Below, piece by piece: positions 16,851 to 26,083 of a DNA stretch of 51,197 bases; position 1 is the stretch's first letter; each line of letters starts with the position of its first letter. The translations under genes and the position numbers were made by a program. The notes under the pieces were generated by a model, which was given only the letters and a program-made list of their open reading frames with translations, searched no databases and was not told where the DNA came from. This stretch comes from Minisyncoccota bacterium (GTDB lineage Bacteria; Patescibacteriota; Minisyncoccia; Phycocordibacterales; UBA918). The stretch covers positions 1 through 51,197 of the forward strand of contig DAOLBU010000002.1 in the NCBI GenBank assembly GCA_035324355.1, read 5' to 3'.

Positions 16851-17786
16851 TTAGACTACTTTTTTAATAATTTGTGATAAGTATACTTTATCTTTACAGT
16901 CTTCTGGATTTCGAGCATGAATCTCGTTAAAATATTTATAAGGCACTGCTACTTGCTTATATGATTTGCGAAGGTACATTTCATATTCCATATCAATGTG
17001 ACCAATATCAATTACTCTGTAACCTTGCTTAAAAAGATTGTACGCAATCACTTTTGCGGCTGGACCCAGTGAGAGCAGAATCATTTTGTCTTTACTGTGT
17101 TTCTCGACTTCGCGCATAATTTCTTGGCGTCGACTATAAGCATTCTCTGCGGGAGCTAAAATGCGCTCAAGTGAAGTAACATTATCAAATAAATCATTTC
17201 CAACCCCTAATCTACTTTTTTCTCCTTCAATAAGAATTACTTTTTCCTTTTCCCACAGAGTAAATATTTTTGTAAATATTTCACCAGATTTCGATTTGTC
17301 TTTGTAGGATAAATAGTTTCTTGAAAAATAAGCATCTCCGTATACTTTTTTGTTAGTGAGGATTTGGCCCCATACTGATTTATAACGGTAAAGTTGATGT
17401 TTAATAAAACGACTAGCGTAGTCTTCAAATTGATTTAGTTTATTCCATATACCAGGAACGCAAATAAGTAGGTTTGGATCATCAGATTTTATAATCTCTT
17501 CAAGTTGAAGGGCTAGATCTTTATTATAATGTTGAAACATTAAATCTCCTCCGTCAATTATAAAAATTTCTCCATCGCCAAAGCGGATAACCGAAAGTTT
17601 CTCCTTTTTTATTTTTTCTATTGTTTGTTCGAGAGAAAGAATTATAGGTTTTTTCTGGTTTGGTCGGATATAGATTCTGTCTAGGTAGAATAGTTCGGCC
17701 AAAACAGGACCAATTAATTGTCTAAGAAATAAAGGGGTACTCTTCCTGATACTGTCAATTATTTTTTGGTGTATTCTTTTTTTCAT
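16851..17786 (-). CDS. GT-D fold glycosyltransferase (DUF1792 / SP_1767 family)
   Basis: SVIRFGDGE (DxE metal motif) and overall length. ATG 17786 lies 1 nt after the upstream stop and is preferred over TTG 17807. Confidence 0.7.
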   Translation of the reverse strand: MKKRIHQKIIDSIRKSTPLFLRQLIGPVLAELFYLDRIYIRPNQKKPIILSLEQTIEKIKKEKLSVIRFGDGEIFIIDGGDLMFQHYNKDLALQLEEIIKSDDPNLLICVPGIWNKLNQFEDYASRFIKHQLYRYKSVWGQILTNKKVYGDAYFSRNYLSYKDKSKSGEIFTKIFTLWEKEKVILIEGEKSRLGVGNDLFDNVTSLERILAPAENAYSRRQEIMREVEKHSKDKMILLSLGPAAKVIAYNLFKQGYRVIDIGHIDMEYEMYLRKSYKQVAVPYKYFNEIHARNPEDCKDKVYLSQIIKKVV

Positions 17787-17787
17787 A

Positions 17788-18636
17788 TTACTTATCTGAG
17801 GACGCAAATTCTTTTAGGATAATCTCTTTTTTAAGGTCATAGTTTTTTTCAATACTATCTAGTGTAATACCTTGATTTAACTCGTAAAGTTTCGTATAGG
17901 CCATAATTCTAAAAGAGGCATAATTAAGAACAATGAGAAGTCCCAAAATACCATTTTTATATGAGTATCTTCCGTATATCCATACATATCGCATAATAGC
18001 AGCAATCATTTTAATGGCACTAAATTTCAAACCCTTAGTGTGTTTTTCTTCAGCTTCAGCTTCAGCATAACGCAAATGTCCTTGGATAAATTTGTTAACA
18101 TTGTAGGTACTAAAGTGCTTTAGAGCAAAGGTTTCGGTATTTGGTAGAAATAAAATCTGGTCTTTGGTGCCGAGAAACTTTCCTAGCCCATGAATGTAGT
18201 TGTTAGAAAAATCTATATAATCTTTATGAAACAAAAATGGTGCGTAGGATTTATGGGCGTAATTAATAGTGTTACCCCAGAGGTAGGTGTAGAGAGGTAT
18301 ATTTACTTTTTTATAGACATTCTGCTCTGATAGTTCGACTATTTTTTTTACTAGTGAAAGGGGTGCGATGTTGTCAACGTATCCCCAGTAGATCCATTCG
18401 GTAGTAATGTGTGCTTTTATAAAATCAAAGTTTTCCTTGCTTTCAACATTAGCGCTAGTAATGTCTGGTCTTAAAAAAAAGCGTGCACCCATAGACTCGG
18501 CTATTTCTTGGGTTTTGTCTGTACTACCACCGTCCAGAATAATTATATCCCCGAAACCACTAAAATTTTTGAGAGGGAAGATTATTCGACGCTCTTCATT
18601 TTTGGTAAATAGGACAAAAGTAATATTAGATTTCAT
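17788..18636 (-). CDS. glycosyltransferase family 2
   Basis: ITFVLFTKNEERRI..IIILDGGSTDKTQEIA. Confidence 0.7.
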   Translation of the reverse strand: MKSNITFVLFTKNEERRIIFPLKNFSGFGDIIILDGGSTDKTQEIAESMGARFFLRPDITSANVESKENFDFIKAHITTEWIYWGYVDNIAPLSLVKKIVELSEQNVYKKVNIPLYTYLWGNTINYAHKSYAPFLFHKDYIDFSNNYIHGLGKFLGTKDQILFLPNTETFALKHFSTYNVNKFIQGHLRYAEAEAEEKHTKGLKFSAIKMIAAIMRYVWIYGRYSYKNGILGLLIVLNYASFRIMAYTKLYELNQGITLDSIEKNYDLKKEIILKEFASSDK

Positions 18637-19576
18637 GACGATTTTTTAGGGTACCCTTTCGTAAGTTTCGATACCAGGTTACTAAAAAATTTAGACCATA
18701 CCTATTAAAGAGAATCTTAATATTCTCTTTAAACGTAGCCCAATATGCATTACACATAATTCTGAATCGTAACTTTGTTATTGCAATGGGTAAAGAATAA
18801 GTATTACGGATCCAAGTAGCAATTTCCATGGTCGATCGAATACGACCGTGGATTGTTTCTAGGCCAGAAAATACACCCCAACGAATATTTGAAGCACGGG
18901 TTCTTACAATCGGCCGGGTAATTAGTAGAAATGGTGAATTTTTAAAAACCTGCAAATTTATGTACATATGTATAGCTTGCGTGCCCATATATTTTTCTTT
19001 GCCTACAAAAGCTACCCAGTCTTTTCGCCGTATGAGTTGATTAGAGAGACCGACAAAAAAGCCAACTAAATTTTCATATTCTCGATATGAGTAGATATAC
19101 TCTGATAGTTCATTATACCGTTTGTCTGGTGCGGGAGGTAAGTTTGGCTGAAGTAGTACGGGGTTATGTAAGTTTCTGTCATATCCCCAGTTATTCACCC
19201 ACGCTAAACCAACGTCAGTGTGCTTTTCTAGAGAGTTAACAACGTAAGTTAGGCTATCTTCAAACAAGGCATCATCATCACCTAAACAGAGACAGTAGGT
19301 ACTTTGACTTTGCTCCATCAATCGCACAAAACTACGATCAAAGCCTAGGTTAGTTTCGTTCTTAAAATAGTTTATGAGTCCGGGATATGCAGTAATATAT
19401 TCCGCTACAATTTTTTCTGTTTCGTCCGTACTTGCATTATCAGCAATAACTATTTCAACTATATTTTTTAGACCAGCTTTAATAATTTGAGGAGCAATAC
19501 TTTCCAAACATTGCTTCAAAAAAGGCGCTCGGTTATAGGTAGGTATACAAACGCTAAGTAAATATTTTTCAAGCAT
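18626..19576 (-). CDS. glycosyltransferase family 2
   Basis: LSVCIPTYNRAPFLKQCLESI..EIVIADNASTDETEKI..LGDDD. Confidence 0.8.
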   Translation of the reverse strand: MLEKYLLSVCIPTYNRAPFLKQCLESIAPQIIKAGLKNIVEIVIADNASTDETEKIVAEYITAYPGLINYFKNETNLGFDRSFVRLMEQSQSTYCLCLGDDDALFEDSLTYVVNSLEKHTDVGLAWVNNWGYDRNLHNPVLLQPNLPPAPDKRYNELSEYIYSYREYENLVGFFVGLSNQLIRRKDWVAFVGKEKYMGTQAIHMYINLQVFKNSPFLLITRPIVRTRASNIRWGVFSGLETIHGRIRSTMEIATWIRNTYSLPIAITKLRFRIMCNAYWATFKENIKILFNRYGLNFLVTWYRNLRKGTLKNRHEI

Positions 19577-19629
19577 GTCTTTTCAATTGTAACAAGAAAA
19601 ACATGCGAAAAGTTGTAAATATAACTATC

Positions 19630-20853
19630 TTAATTATATTTAGCCAAAAATTCGTTTATTTTACTCTCTAGATATAGTATTTGATCTTCATCAAGTCCAT
19701 GATGGCAGGCAAGAACAAATGCGTTTTTCATAATGAAGTCAGTATTTGGTAAAATGTTACTTATTTTCCTGCTTTCAATCTTTTTGAAACCTGGTTGTTT
19801 AAGAATATTACCCGTAAATACTGGGCGGGTTTGGATGTTGTTTCCTTCTAGGAAAGTGACAATTTCAAGACGAGTGAATGGAGATTTTGGTTTAATAATC
19901 ACCGGGAAGGCAAGCCAGGCAGTTTCTGTATCTGGAGTTTGGGTGGGTAAAATAAAGTACTTATCTTTGGTACTTATAAATTTTGTTAGATTTTCAAAAT
20001 TTTTCTGCCTTTTTGCTAAAAATCCAGGCAAACGCTTCATTTGTGCCAAGGCAAAGGCTGATGATACTTCTAGTGGAAGAAAATTATAGCCTATTTCACT
20101 AAAAGTAAATTTATTATCATATGGAACTCCGCCTAATTTGTAATTAAATCTATTTTTAAGTAGTTCGGAGTTTGCTTTTTCACCATAAAGAGAGGATTGT
20201 CGACCCCAGCCCCGAAGTACCTTTAGCCGATGTTCCCATTTTGAATCATTTACCATAATCATACCTCCTCCACCGGCGCCATTGATTATGTGTGATCCGT
20301 AGAAGCTGGTAATAGAAATATCAGAATAAACGCCAGTTGGCTTACCTTCAAATTTTCCACCCAGTGTGTCACATGAGTCCTCAATGAAAAAAAGCTTATG
20401 TTTTTTCGCTAGGTCAGAATACGCTCTCATATTAGGGATATTACCCATTAGTGACGGAATCATTAAAGCCTTAGTTTTCTTTGTTATGGCCTTTTTTACT
20501 TGTTCAAAATTAGGGAGGTAGGTGGTAGGATCAACATCAACAAACACGGGGATTAATCCCTTTTGGATAATAGGAGCAACAACTGTGGCAAAGGTAAGAG
20601 CGGGTGTTATTACTTCTGATCCTTTCGGGAGGTTGAGTAATTCGAATGCTAAAAGGTTGGCAGAACTACCTGAGTTAACCATTACCCCATATTTTTTCCC
20701 AAACAATTTTGCGATTTTTGCCTCAAATTCTGAAGTTTTATCTCCGATTGCCGTGTTGCCCTTGAGTACTTCGACAACTGCATCAATTTCTTCTTGTCCA
20801 TGAACCGAAAAACCGTACGGCACTCTTAGTTTTGTTTGTTTAGTTTTTGACAT
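19630..20853 (-). CDS. RfbH/DdhC (E1)-like NDP-4-keto-6-deoxyhexose 3-dehydrase of the DegT/DnrJ/EryC1 fold
   Basis: NSGSSANLLA, GLIPVFVDVDPTTY, FIEDSCDTLG, SFYGSHIINGAGGGG (His at the PLP-Lys position), YDNKFTFSEIGYNF and TRPVFTGNILKQPGF. Confidence 0.8.
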   Translation of the reverse strand: MSKTKQTKLRVPYGFSVHGQEEIDAVVEVLKGNTAIGDKTSEFEAKIAKLFGKKYGVMVNSGSSANLLAFELLNLPKGSEVITPALTFATVVAPIIQKGLIPVFVDVDPTTYLPNFEQVKKAITKKTKALMIPSLMGNIPNMRAYSDLAKKHKLFFIEDSCDTLGGKFEGKPTGVYSDISITSFYGSHIINGAGGGGMIMVNDSKWEHRLKVLRGWGRQSSLYGEKANSELLKNRFNYKLGGVPYDNKFTFSEIGYNFLPLEVSSAFALAQMKRLPGFLAKRQKNFENLTKFISTKDKYFILPTQTPDTETAWLAFPVIIKPKSPFTRLEIVTFLEGNNIQTRPVFTGNILKQPGFKKIESRKISNILPNTDFIMKNAFVLACHHGLDEDQILYLESKINEFLAKYN

Positions 20854-21129
20854 GGAATTTTAGAATTCTAATATAAAAGTATTTTGCAGCTTTTCCAAAG
20901 TTTATCAGAAATTTACATATTTACTAGTTCATAGAGAATACCATGTCCGCTCTGCGGTGTGGTTGAGTAAACAATAAATATTTAATGGCGGAGCCATTTC
21001 TTAGCTATAAAAAACACGCTGTTTTCGTCCGCTGAATATCCTGTCGACTTGTCACAGGTAGGCTGGACGGATGTTTTTTCTAAAAACTAACAAATTAGTC
21101 ATAATTGTATTTAAAATAAGTTTGTGAGC

Positions 21130-21795
21130 TTATAAATCAACACCTGCTAACCCTAATTTCTCATAGTCCCTTTCAATTGATTCAATGTATTTTTTTATTT
21201 TTTTACTATAAACAGATCCCAATACTTTTGCCTTTTTTATTCGTAATTGTGGTATGTATTGGGAAATAATAAGTCTCAAGTTATCTAATACGGTTTTTGG
21301 GTTTTCATAGGTAGATAGGGGGTTTTTATCTCCGTTGAGGTATTTTAAATCAAGGGCCGGTATTTTATGCCTAAATTGTCCACCACGAATAATAACGGCT
21401 GACTGCATGTTTGCTAGTCTGTCTGCATCCATCAGTACCACTTGAGTATCGTTTTGGTTATCTTGGTTTAGTTCAGAGTGTCGTAAAGCTGCTTCAATAA
21501 TGTCCTTTATTTCAGTATCGTTAAAAAAGTGCTTCAGATTTTGAGAATACAAAATCATTGTCTCTTTAACTTTCTTTTCTGTAACAACCCTGTCTGTCGA
21601 ATGCAGAAGTGAGGCGCACCAAGCTTTGTGTCCAAGACGGACAGAAGGTGCTATTAAGACAGCCAACATGGCAACAGTAACATCGTGATCAAAGCCATGT
21701 CCAAAGTGATCTTTGTTTTTGGTCTGAATATGACCGTTTTTGATTTGGTTGTAAAAAACCGGAAATAGGTTACGAAAAGTATCTAGAGAGTTCAA
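21130..21795 (-). CDS. hypothetical protein, possible HD-superfamily phosphohydrolase
   Basis: H..HGFDHD followed by downstream His/Asp residues. The assignment is tentative. Confidence 0.4.
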   Translation of the reverse strand: MNSLDTFRNLFPVFYNQIKNGHIQTKNKDHFGHGFDHDVTVAMLAVLIAPSVRLGHKAWCASLLHSTDRVVTEKKVKETMILYSQNLKHFFNDTEIKDIIEAALRHSELNQDNQNDTQVVLMDADRLANMQSAVIIRGGQFRHKIPALDLKYLNGDKNPLSTYENPKTVLDNLRLIISQYIPQLRIKKAKVLGSVYSKKIKKYIESIERDYEKLGLAGVDL

Positions 21796-21946
21796 GGTAA
21801 TAACAATTTATAAGATAGATTATGTTATATATCTTTTAATTTCGCAAATTTAATCCTTGGCCAGTATTAAGTAAGTATTCTTTATATTGGTTATCTCAGG
21901 ATATAAAGCAGGAGATATATAAAACCCCTTATGGTTACAACACACT

Positions 21947-21975
21947 TTGACTGAACGTTTTTTTTTAGTTATTCT
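21947..21975 (+). promoter_or_regulatory. sigma70-like promoter candidate (TTGACT-17-TATTCT)
   Basis: Lies in the divergent gap between the HD-like gene (-) and the C-methyltransferase operon (+). Confidence 0.3.
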
Positions 21976-22010
21976 TCATATGAATATTATCTTAATAACT
22001 AAATTTAAAT

Positions 22011-23294
22011 ATGGATTTGAATTACCCCCCACATCACCTCATAAAAAATGGTCACATCAGTACTTGTCAGGTGTGTAATTCAAGTAAACTTCATACTATT
22101 TTAGATTTGGGTCACCAGCCTCTTTGCGATACATTGCTAACAGAAGCAATGCTAAATGAACCTGAGATAAATTACCCATTACGTATGATTTGGTGCGAAG
22201 ATTGCACTAACTCGCAGATTGATCATTGTGTTGACGGTAGTGAAGTTTATCATCCCAATTATCCTTATAAGAGTGGCGTCACAAAGGAACTTGTTGAATA
22301 TCAAGTAAAAATTGCTGAGTCATTAATAAAAAAATATAATCTACAACCAAATGATTTAGTTGTGGACGTTGGTTCAAATGACGGGACGCTGCTGAGTGGA
22401 TTTAAAGATACGGGCATTAGAGCTCTCGGAGTGGAGCCAACTAACGTTGCAAAAATTGCTAATGAAAATGGAATTGAGACTGTCCAGTCATTTTTCGATA
22501 TAAAAACGTCTGAGGCGATCAAGTTAAGTCATGGACAAGCATCGGTTATTGTCACAACCAATACTTTTGCTCATATGCAAACGCTAGGGGAGGTTATCAT
22601 GGGTGCTTATAATCTACTTAAAGATGACGGCGTTTTTGTTACAGAAACCCACTACTTACTTAATGTTATTGAAGGCGGTCAGTTTGATACCGTTTATCAT
22701 GAACACTTAAGAACGTATTCTCTAAAAGCTTTGGTCACGCTTTTTAATCAATATGATTTTACGGTTACAGATGTAGAGCGTGGCGATAGATATGGTGGCA
22801 ATATTAGGGTGCATGTGACTAAAGGAAAAGGACGAGTAGTTTCTCCTGCGGTCGCAAAATTACTGGAACTTGAAGAAGCTTCTGGTTTAAATAAATTAGA
22901 GACATACACAAAGTTTGCTAAAAGAGTTCAAGCCGCCCGGCTAAAGTTTGTTGACTTTCTTGTTTCTTCAAAGCAGGCAGGTAAGAAAGTTGTCGGTAAC
23001 TCGTGTCCAGGAAGATGTGTGACCCTGCTTAATTACTATGGTGTAGACTCAGAATTGTTACCCTATTTGGCCGAGCAGCCAGCTTCTTTGAAGCTCGGTA
23101 TGTATCTACCCGGAAAGCATATTCCAGTTGTAAATAATCAAATTCTTATTGATGAACAGCCGGATTATGTAGTGCTCCTTGCGTGGCATTACGCTAAGCC
23201 TATAATGGAACAATTAAAAGCACGTGGGTTAAAGTCGGATTTCGTACTGCCTCTTCCTGACTTCGAAATTGTTAAAAATGAGGATGTTAATTAA
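22011..23294 (+). CDS. NDP-hexose C-methyltransferase (TylCIII-like; Zn-ribbon + class I MT + C-methyltransferase C-terminal domain)
   Basis: N-terminal CQVCNSSKL..LGHQPLCDTL zinc ribbon, SAM motif VVDVGSNDGTLL, and HEHLRTYS with a long C-terminal domain. Confidence 0.8.
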   Translation: MDLNYPPHHLIKNGHISTCQVCNSSKLHTILDLGHQPLCDTLLTEAMLNEPEINYPLRMIWCEDCTNSQIDHCVDGSEVYHPNYPYKSGVTKELVEYQVKIAESLIKKYNLQPNDLVVDVGSNDGTLLSGFKDTGIRALGVEPTNVAKIANENGIETVQSFFDIKTSEAIKLSHGQASVIVTTNTFAHMQTLGEVIMGAYNLLKDDGVFVTETHYLLNVIEGGQFDTVYHEHLRTYSLKALVTLFNQYDFTVTDVERGDRYGGNIRVHVTKGKGRVVSPAVAKLLELEEASGLNKLETYTKFAKRVQAARLKFVDFLVSSKQAGKKVVGNSCPGRCVTLLNYYGVDSELLPYLAEQPASLKLGMYLPGKHIPVVNNQILIDEQPDYVVLLAWHYAKPIMEQLKARGLKSDFVLPLPDFEIVKNEDVN

Positions 23295-24314
23295 ATGAGG
23301 ATAGGAATTATTGGTTCAGGCTTTGGTCTTTACGGTTTATTTCCCGCATTTAATTCTGTAGATGGTTGCAAGGTGGTTTCAGTGTGTGGAAAGAAAACAG
23401 ACAGATTACTCAGTTATTGTGCAAGTGTAGGGCCAGTCAGTATATATACTGACTGGCAAGAGATGCTTAAAAAAGAAGAGTTAGACGCTGTTGCTATAGC
23501 GGTTGTACCGAGTGCTCAGTTTGTTATAGCTAAGCAGGCTCTTGCTCAAGGACTCCATGTTTTTGCTGAAAAACCCCTCGCTTCTTCTTATGAAGAAGCG
23601 TCTGAACTTTGTGATTTGGCTTTTAAATACAAACGTATTACGGCGGTCGATTTTATTTTTCCAGAAATTGATGAATGGCAGATGGTTAAACAAATACTTG
23701 AACAAAAAATGTATGGTAATTTAAAAAGTATTTCTGTTGCCTGGGATTTTTTAAGTTATGATATTAAAAACAAGATAGTATCTTGGAAAACTAATGTAAA
23801 AGAAGGCGGTGGGGCACTTTCTTTTTATTTTTCCCATGTACTATACTATCTTGAGTATTTTGGCGGGAAAATAAAAACAATCGGGGGCAGTTTGCATTAT
23901 TTTCCTCAGGAAAGTTTGGGTGGTGGAGATGTCGGGGTAGATGTCGACATGATTTTTGGTAATGGAGTGATTGGTAAGGCGCATCTTTCTTGCAATTCTC
24001 ATGATAATCACCAACATGTAGTTACTTTCGAGTGTGACAATGGATCTCTCACTCTTAAGAGTATGAAAGGCGTTACGGAAAACTTTACCGTCACAGTTTC
24101 TTCTCATGGGAAAGATCAAATTATTCCTATTCGAAAGCTGGGAAAGCGAAATATTGAAGAGGATGAGCGGGTAAGAGTAGTGTCAAAAATTGCTGCCAGG
24201 TTTGTGAAAGCTTGTAATGAAAATACTAAGATGACTCCTTCTTTTGATGATGGTCTACGAGTCGAAGAGTTAATTGATATAGTTCGAAGTAACGCCTCAG
24301 TATATGTCGCTTAA
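23295..24314 (+). CDS. Gfo/Idh/MocA-family oxidoreductase
   Basis: MRIGIIGSGFG Rossmann start and the EKPLA motif. The ATG directly abuts the upstream TAA. Confidence 0.8.
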   Translation: MRIGIIGSGFGLYGLFPAFNSVDGCKVVSVCGKKTDRLLSYCASVGPVSIYTDWQEMLKKEELDAVAIAVVPSAQFVIAKQALAQGLHVFAEKPLASSYEEASELCDLAFKYKRITAVDFIFPEIDEWQMVKQILEQKMYGNLKSISVAWDFLSYDIKNKIVSWKTNVKEGGGALSFYFSHVLYYLEYFGGKIKTIGGSLHYFPQESLGGGDVGVDVDMIFGNGVIGKAHLSCNSHDNHQHVVTFECDNGSLTLKSMKGVTENFTVTVSSHGKDQIIPIRKLGKRNIEEDERVRVVSKIAARFVKACNENTKMTPSFDDGLRVEELIDIVRSNASVYVA

Positions 24315-24341
24315 TTAACAAAAAAAAGACTTAGCCTCTCT

Positions 24342-24761
24342 TTGGAAAAAACTGATGATACTGAAATAAGAGGAGAGATTTGGCATCAACTAGTTAAGAA
24401 GTTCATTACTGTAGCTACAGAACTTTGTATTTTAGACAATAAAAATAGAGTCCTTTTAATCTATAGAAAAGACCGAGAATTTGATGGTTATCATCTACCT
24501 GGCTCTGTTGTTAATAATTGGGAAACTGGCAAGGGGGCACTGTCTCGATTAATTTTTCAAGAAGTCACAGTGGGCGTGGGTAGTGATATGACAGAACCAG
24601 AGCCGCTTGGATGGCTTGGCTCATCTAAGGATGCTGGTCCTGCTGAGCCGTCCTCTCGTCATGGAGTTTTGCTTCTACATGTTGCACGTTTTTCCGACGC
24701 CTTTCTTCCAAGAGAGGTAGTGGCATTTTACGATTTAATAATCTTCCACAAAACCCACTAG
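24342..24761 (+). CDS. Nudix-fold protein with a degenerate Nudix box
   Basis: LILDNKNRVLLIYRK..GYHLPGSVV..E..ALSRLIFQEVTVG. The track start is TTG, so the start is uncertain. Confidence 0.45.
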   Translation: MEKTDDTEIRGEIWHQLVKKFITVATELCILDNKNRVLLIYRKDREFDGYHLPGSVVNNWETGKGALSRLIFQEVTVGVGSDMTEPEPLGWLGSSKDAGPAEPSSRHGVLLLHVARFSDAFLPREVVAFYDLIIFHKTH

Positions 24762-24788
24762 TATGTCATCAGTACATACTACTTTTTT
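24760..24788 (+). terminator. rho-independent terminator candidate
   Basis: AGTATGT / ACATACT 7-bp stem with a 7-nt loop, then ACTTTTTT. Confidence 0.55.
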
Positions 24789-25012
24789 AAGAAATATATT
24801 GAAAAAAGATTAATTTTAGGAAAATAAGGCCTTTTTAAAAGCCCCAGTGTCTTCAGAAGCCGTATTTTGATGAATAATGTAGACTATAAAATTTTTATAC
24901 TCAGATATTAAGAATTCAAAGTAGTGGTTTAAAGAAATAACTAATTTAAGGCTTGTTTACATATACTAACCATATATGTATACTTTTGACTAATGAGGAG
25001 GTTATATATCTT

Positions 25013-26083
25013 ATGAATCATTTTTACTCGGGCAAAAAGGTCCTTATTACTGGACATACGGGTTTTAAAGGCGCATGGCTCACCCAAGTACTTTTGGGCT
25101 GGGGAGCGGAAGTTGTAGGGGTATCTTTGGCTCCATCAACGACACCAAATCTTTTTACTCTTTTAGGTCACCAGCACCAGATTACAAATTATTATTGTGA
25201 TATTAGAGATACAGCCGATGTGCTTAAGATTATAGACAGTAATAAACCAGAGATATTATTTCATTTGGCAGCTCAGCCGCTTGTGCGCCGTAGTTATGAA
25301 GACCCACTTTTAACCATTTCCACCAATGCCACAGGCACGGCCAGTGTACTTGATGCAATCAAGCAAGCAGGAACAGTAAAATCTGTTGTGGTTATTACCA
25401 CTGATAAAGTATATAAGGATCAAGATTGGGTTTATCCATACCGTGAAATAGATATGCTGGGAGGTTATGATCCATATAGTGCAAGTAAAGCAGCCGCTGA
25501 CATTATCACTCAGTCTTATATACAATCGTTTTTTAATCCGAAAGACTACGGAGTCACTCACAATACTCTTGTGGCTATTGCGCGAGCTGGGAACGTTATT
25601 GGGGGTGGAGATTGGGCTAAGGATAGACTTATTCCTGATATCATGCGCGCAGTATACGAAAAGAATATTCCCGTTTTGCTTCGGTATCCGAAAGCGATTA
25701 GACCCTGGGAGCACGTTTTAGAATCTCTTTCCGGCTACCTTATGTTGGCGCAGAGGATTTATCTAGGACAAAAGAATCTCGTGGGTGCCTGGAACTTTGG
25801 GCCATTATCTGAGAGTTTTGTTAGTGTAGAGTCGGTTACAAAGACTATATTGTCAAACCTGAGGCGTGGATCTGTCATTATTGACCCTAATCCTAACGCT
25901 CACGAAACCAATTTGTTAAGATTGGATATCTCTAAAGTCAGTACTCAACTTGGTTGGAGTCCAACTTTAAATTATAAAGAGACTATAGACTATACAGCGT
26001 CATGGTATAAAGAGTATTATGAAAACCGTGACGTTTCTGTAATTACCAAAGAGCAAATTAACACTTTTTTCAAAAACATATGA
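25013..26083 (+). CDS. rfbG: CDP-glucose 4,6-dehydratase
   Basis: KKVLITGHTGFKGAWL, VVITTDKVY and YSASKAA (SDR catalytic motif), PWEHVLE. GAGGAG Shine-Dalgarno sequence at 24995-25000. ATG 25013 is preferred over 24953. Confidence 0.88.
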   Translation: MNHFYSGKKVLITGHTGFKGAWLTQVLLGWGAEVVGVSLAPSTTPNLFTLLGHQHQITNYYCDIRDTADVLKIIDSNKPEILFHLAAQPLVRRSYEDPLLTISTNATGTASVLDAIKQAGTVKSVVVITTDKVYKDQDWVYPYREIDMLGGYDPYSASKAAADIITQSYIQSFFNPKDYGVTHNTLVAIARAGNVIGGGDWAKDRLIPDIMRAVYEKNIPVLLRYPKAIRPWEHVLESLSGYLMLAQRIYLGQKNLVGAWNFGPLSESFVSVESVTKTILSNLRRGSVIIDPNPNAHETNLLRLDISKVSTQLGWSPTLNYKETIDYTASWYKEYYENRDVSVITKEQINTFFKNI

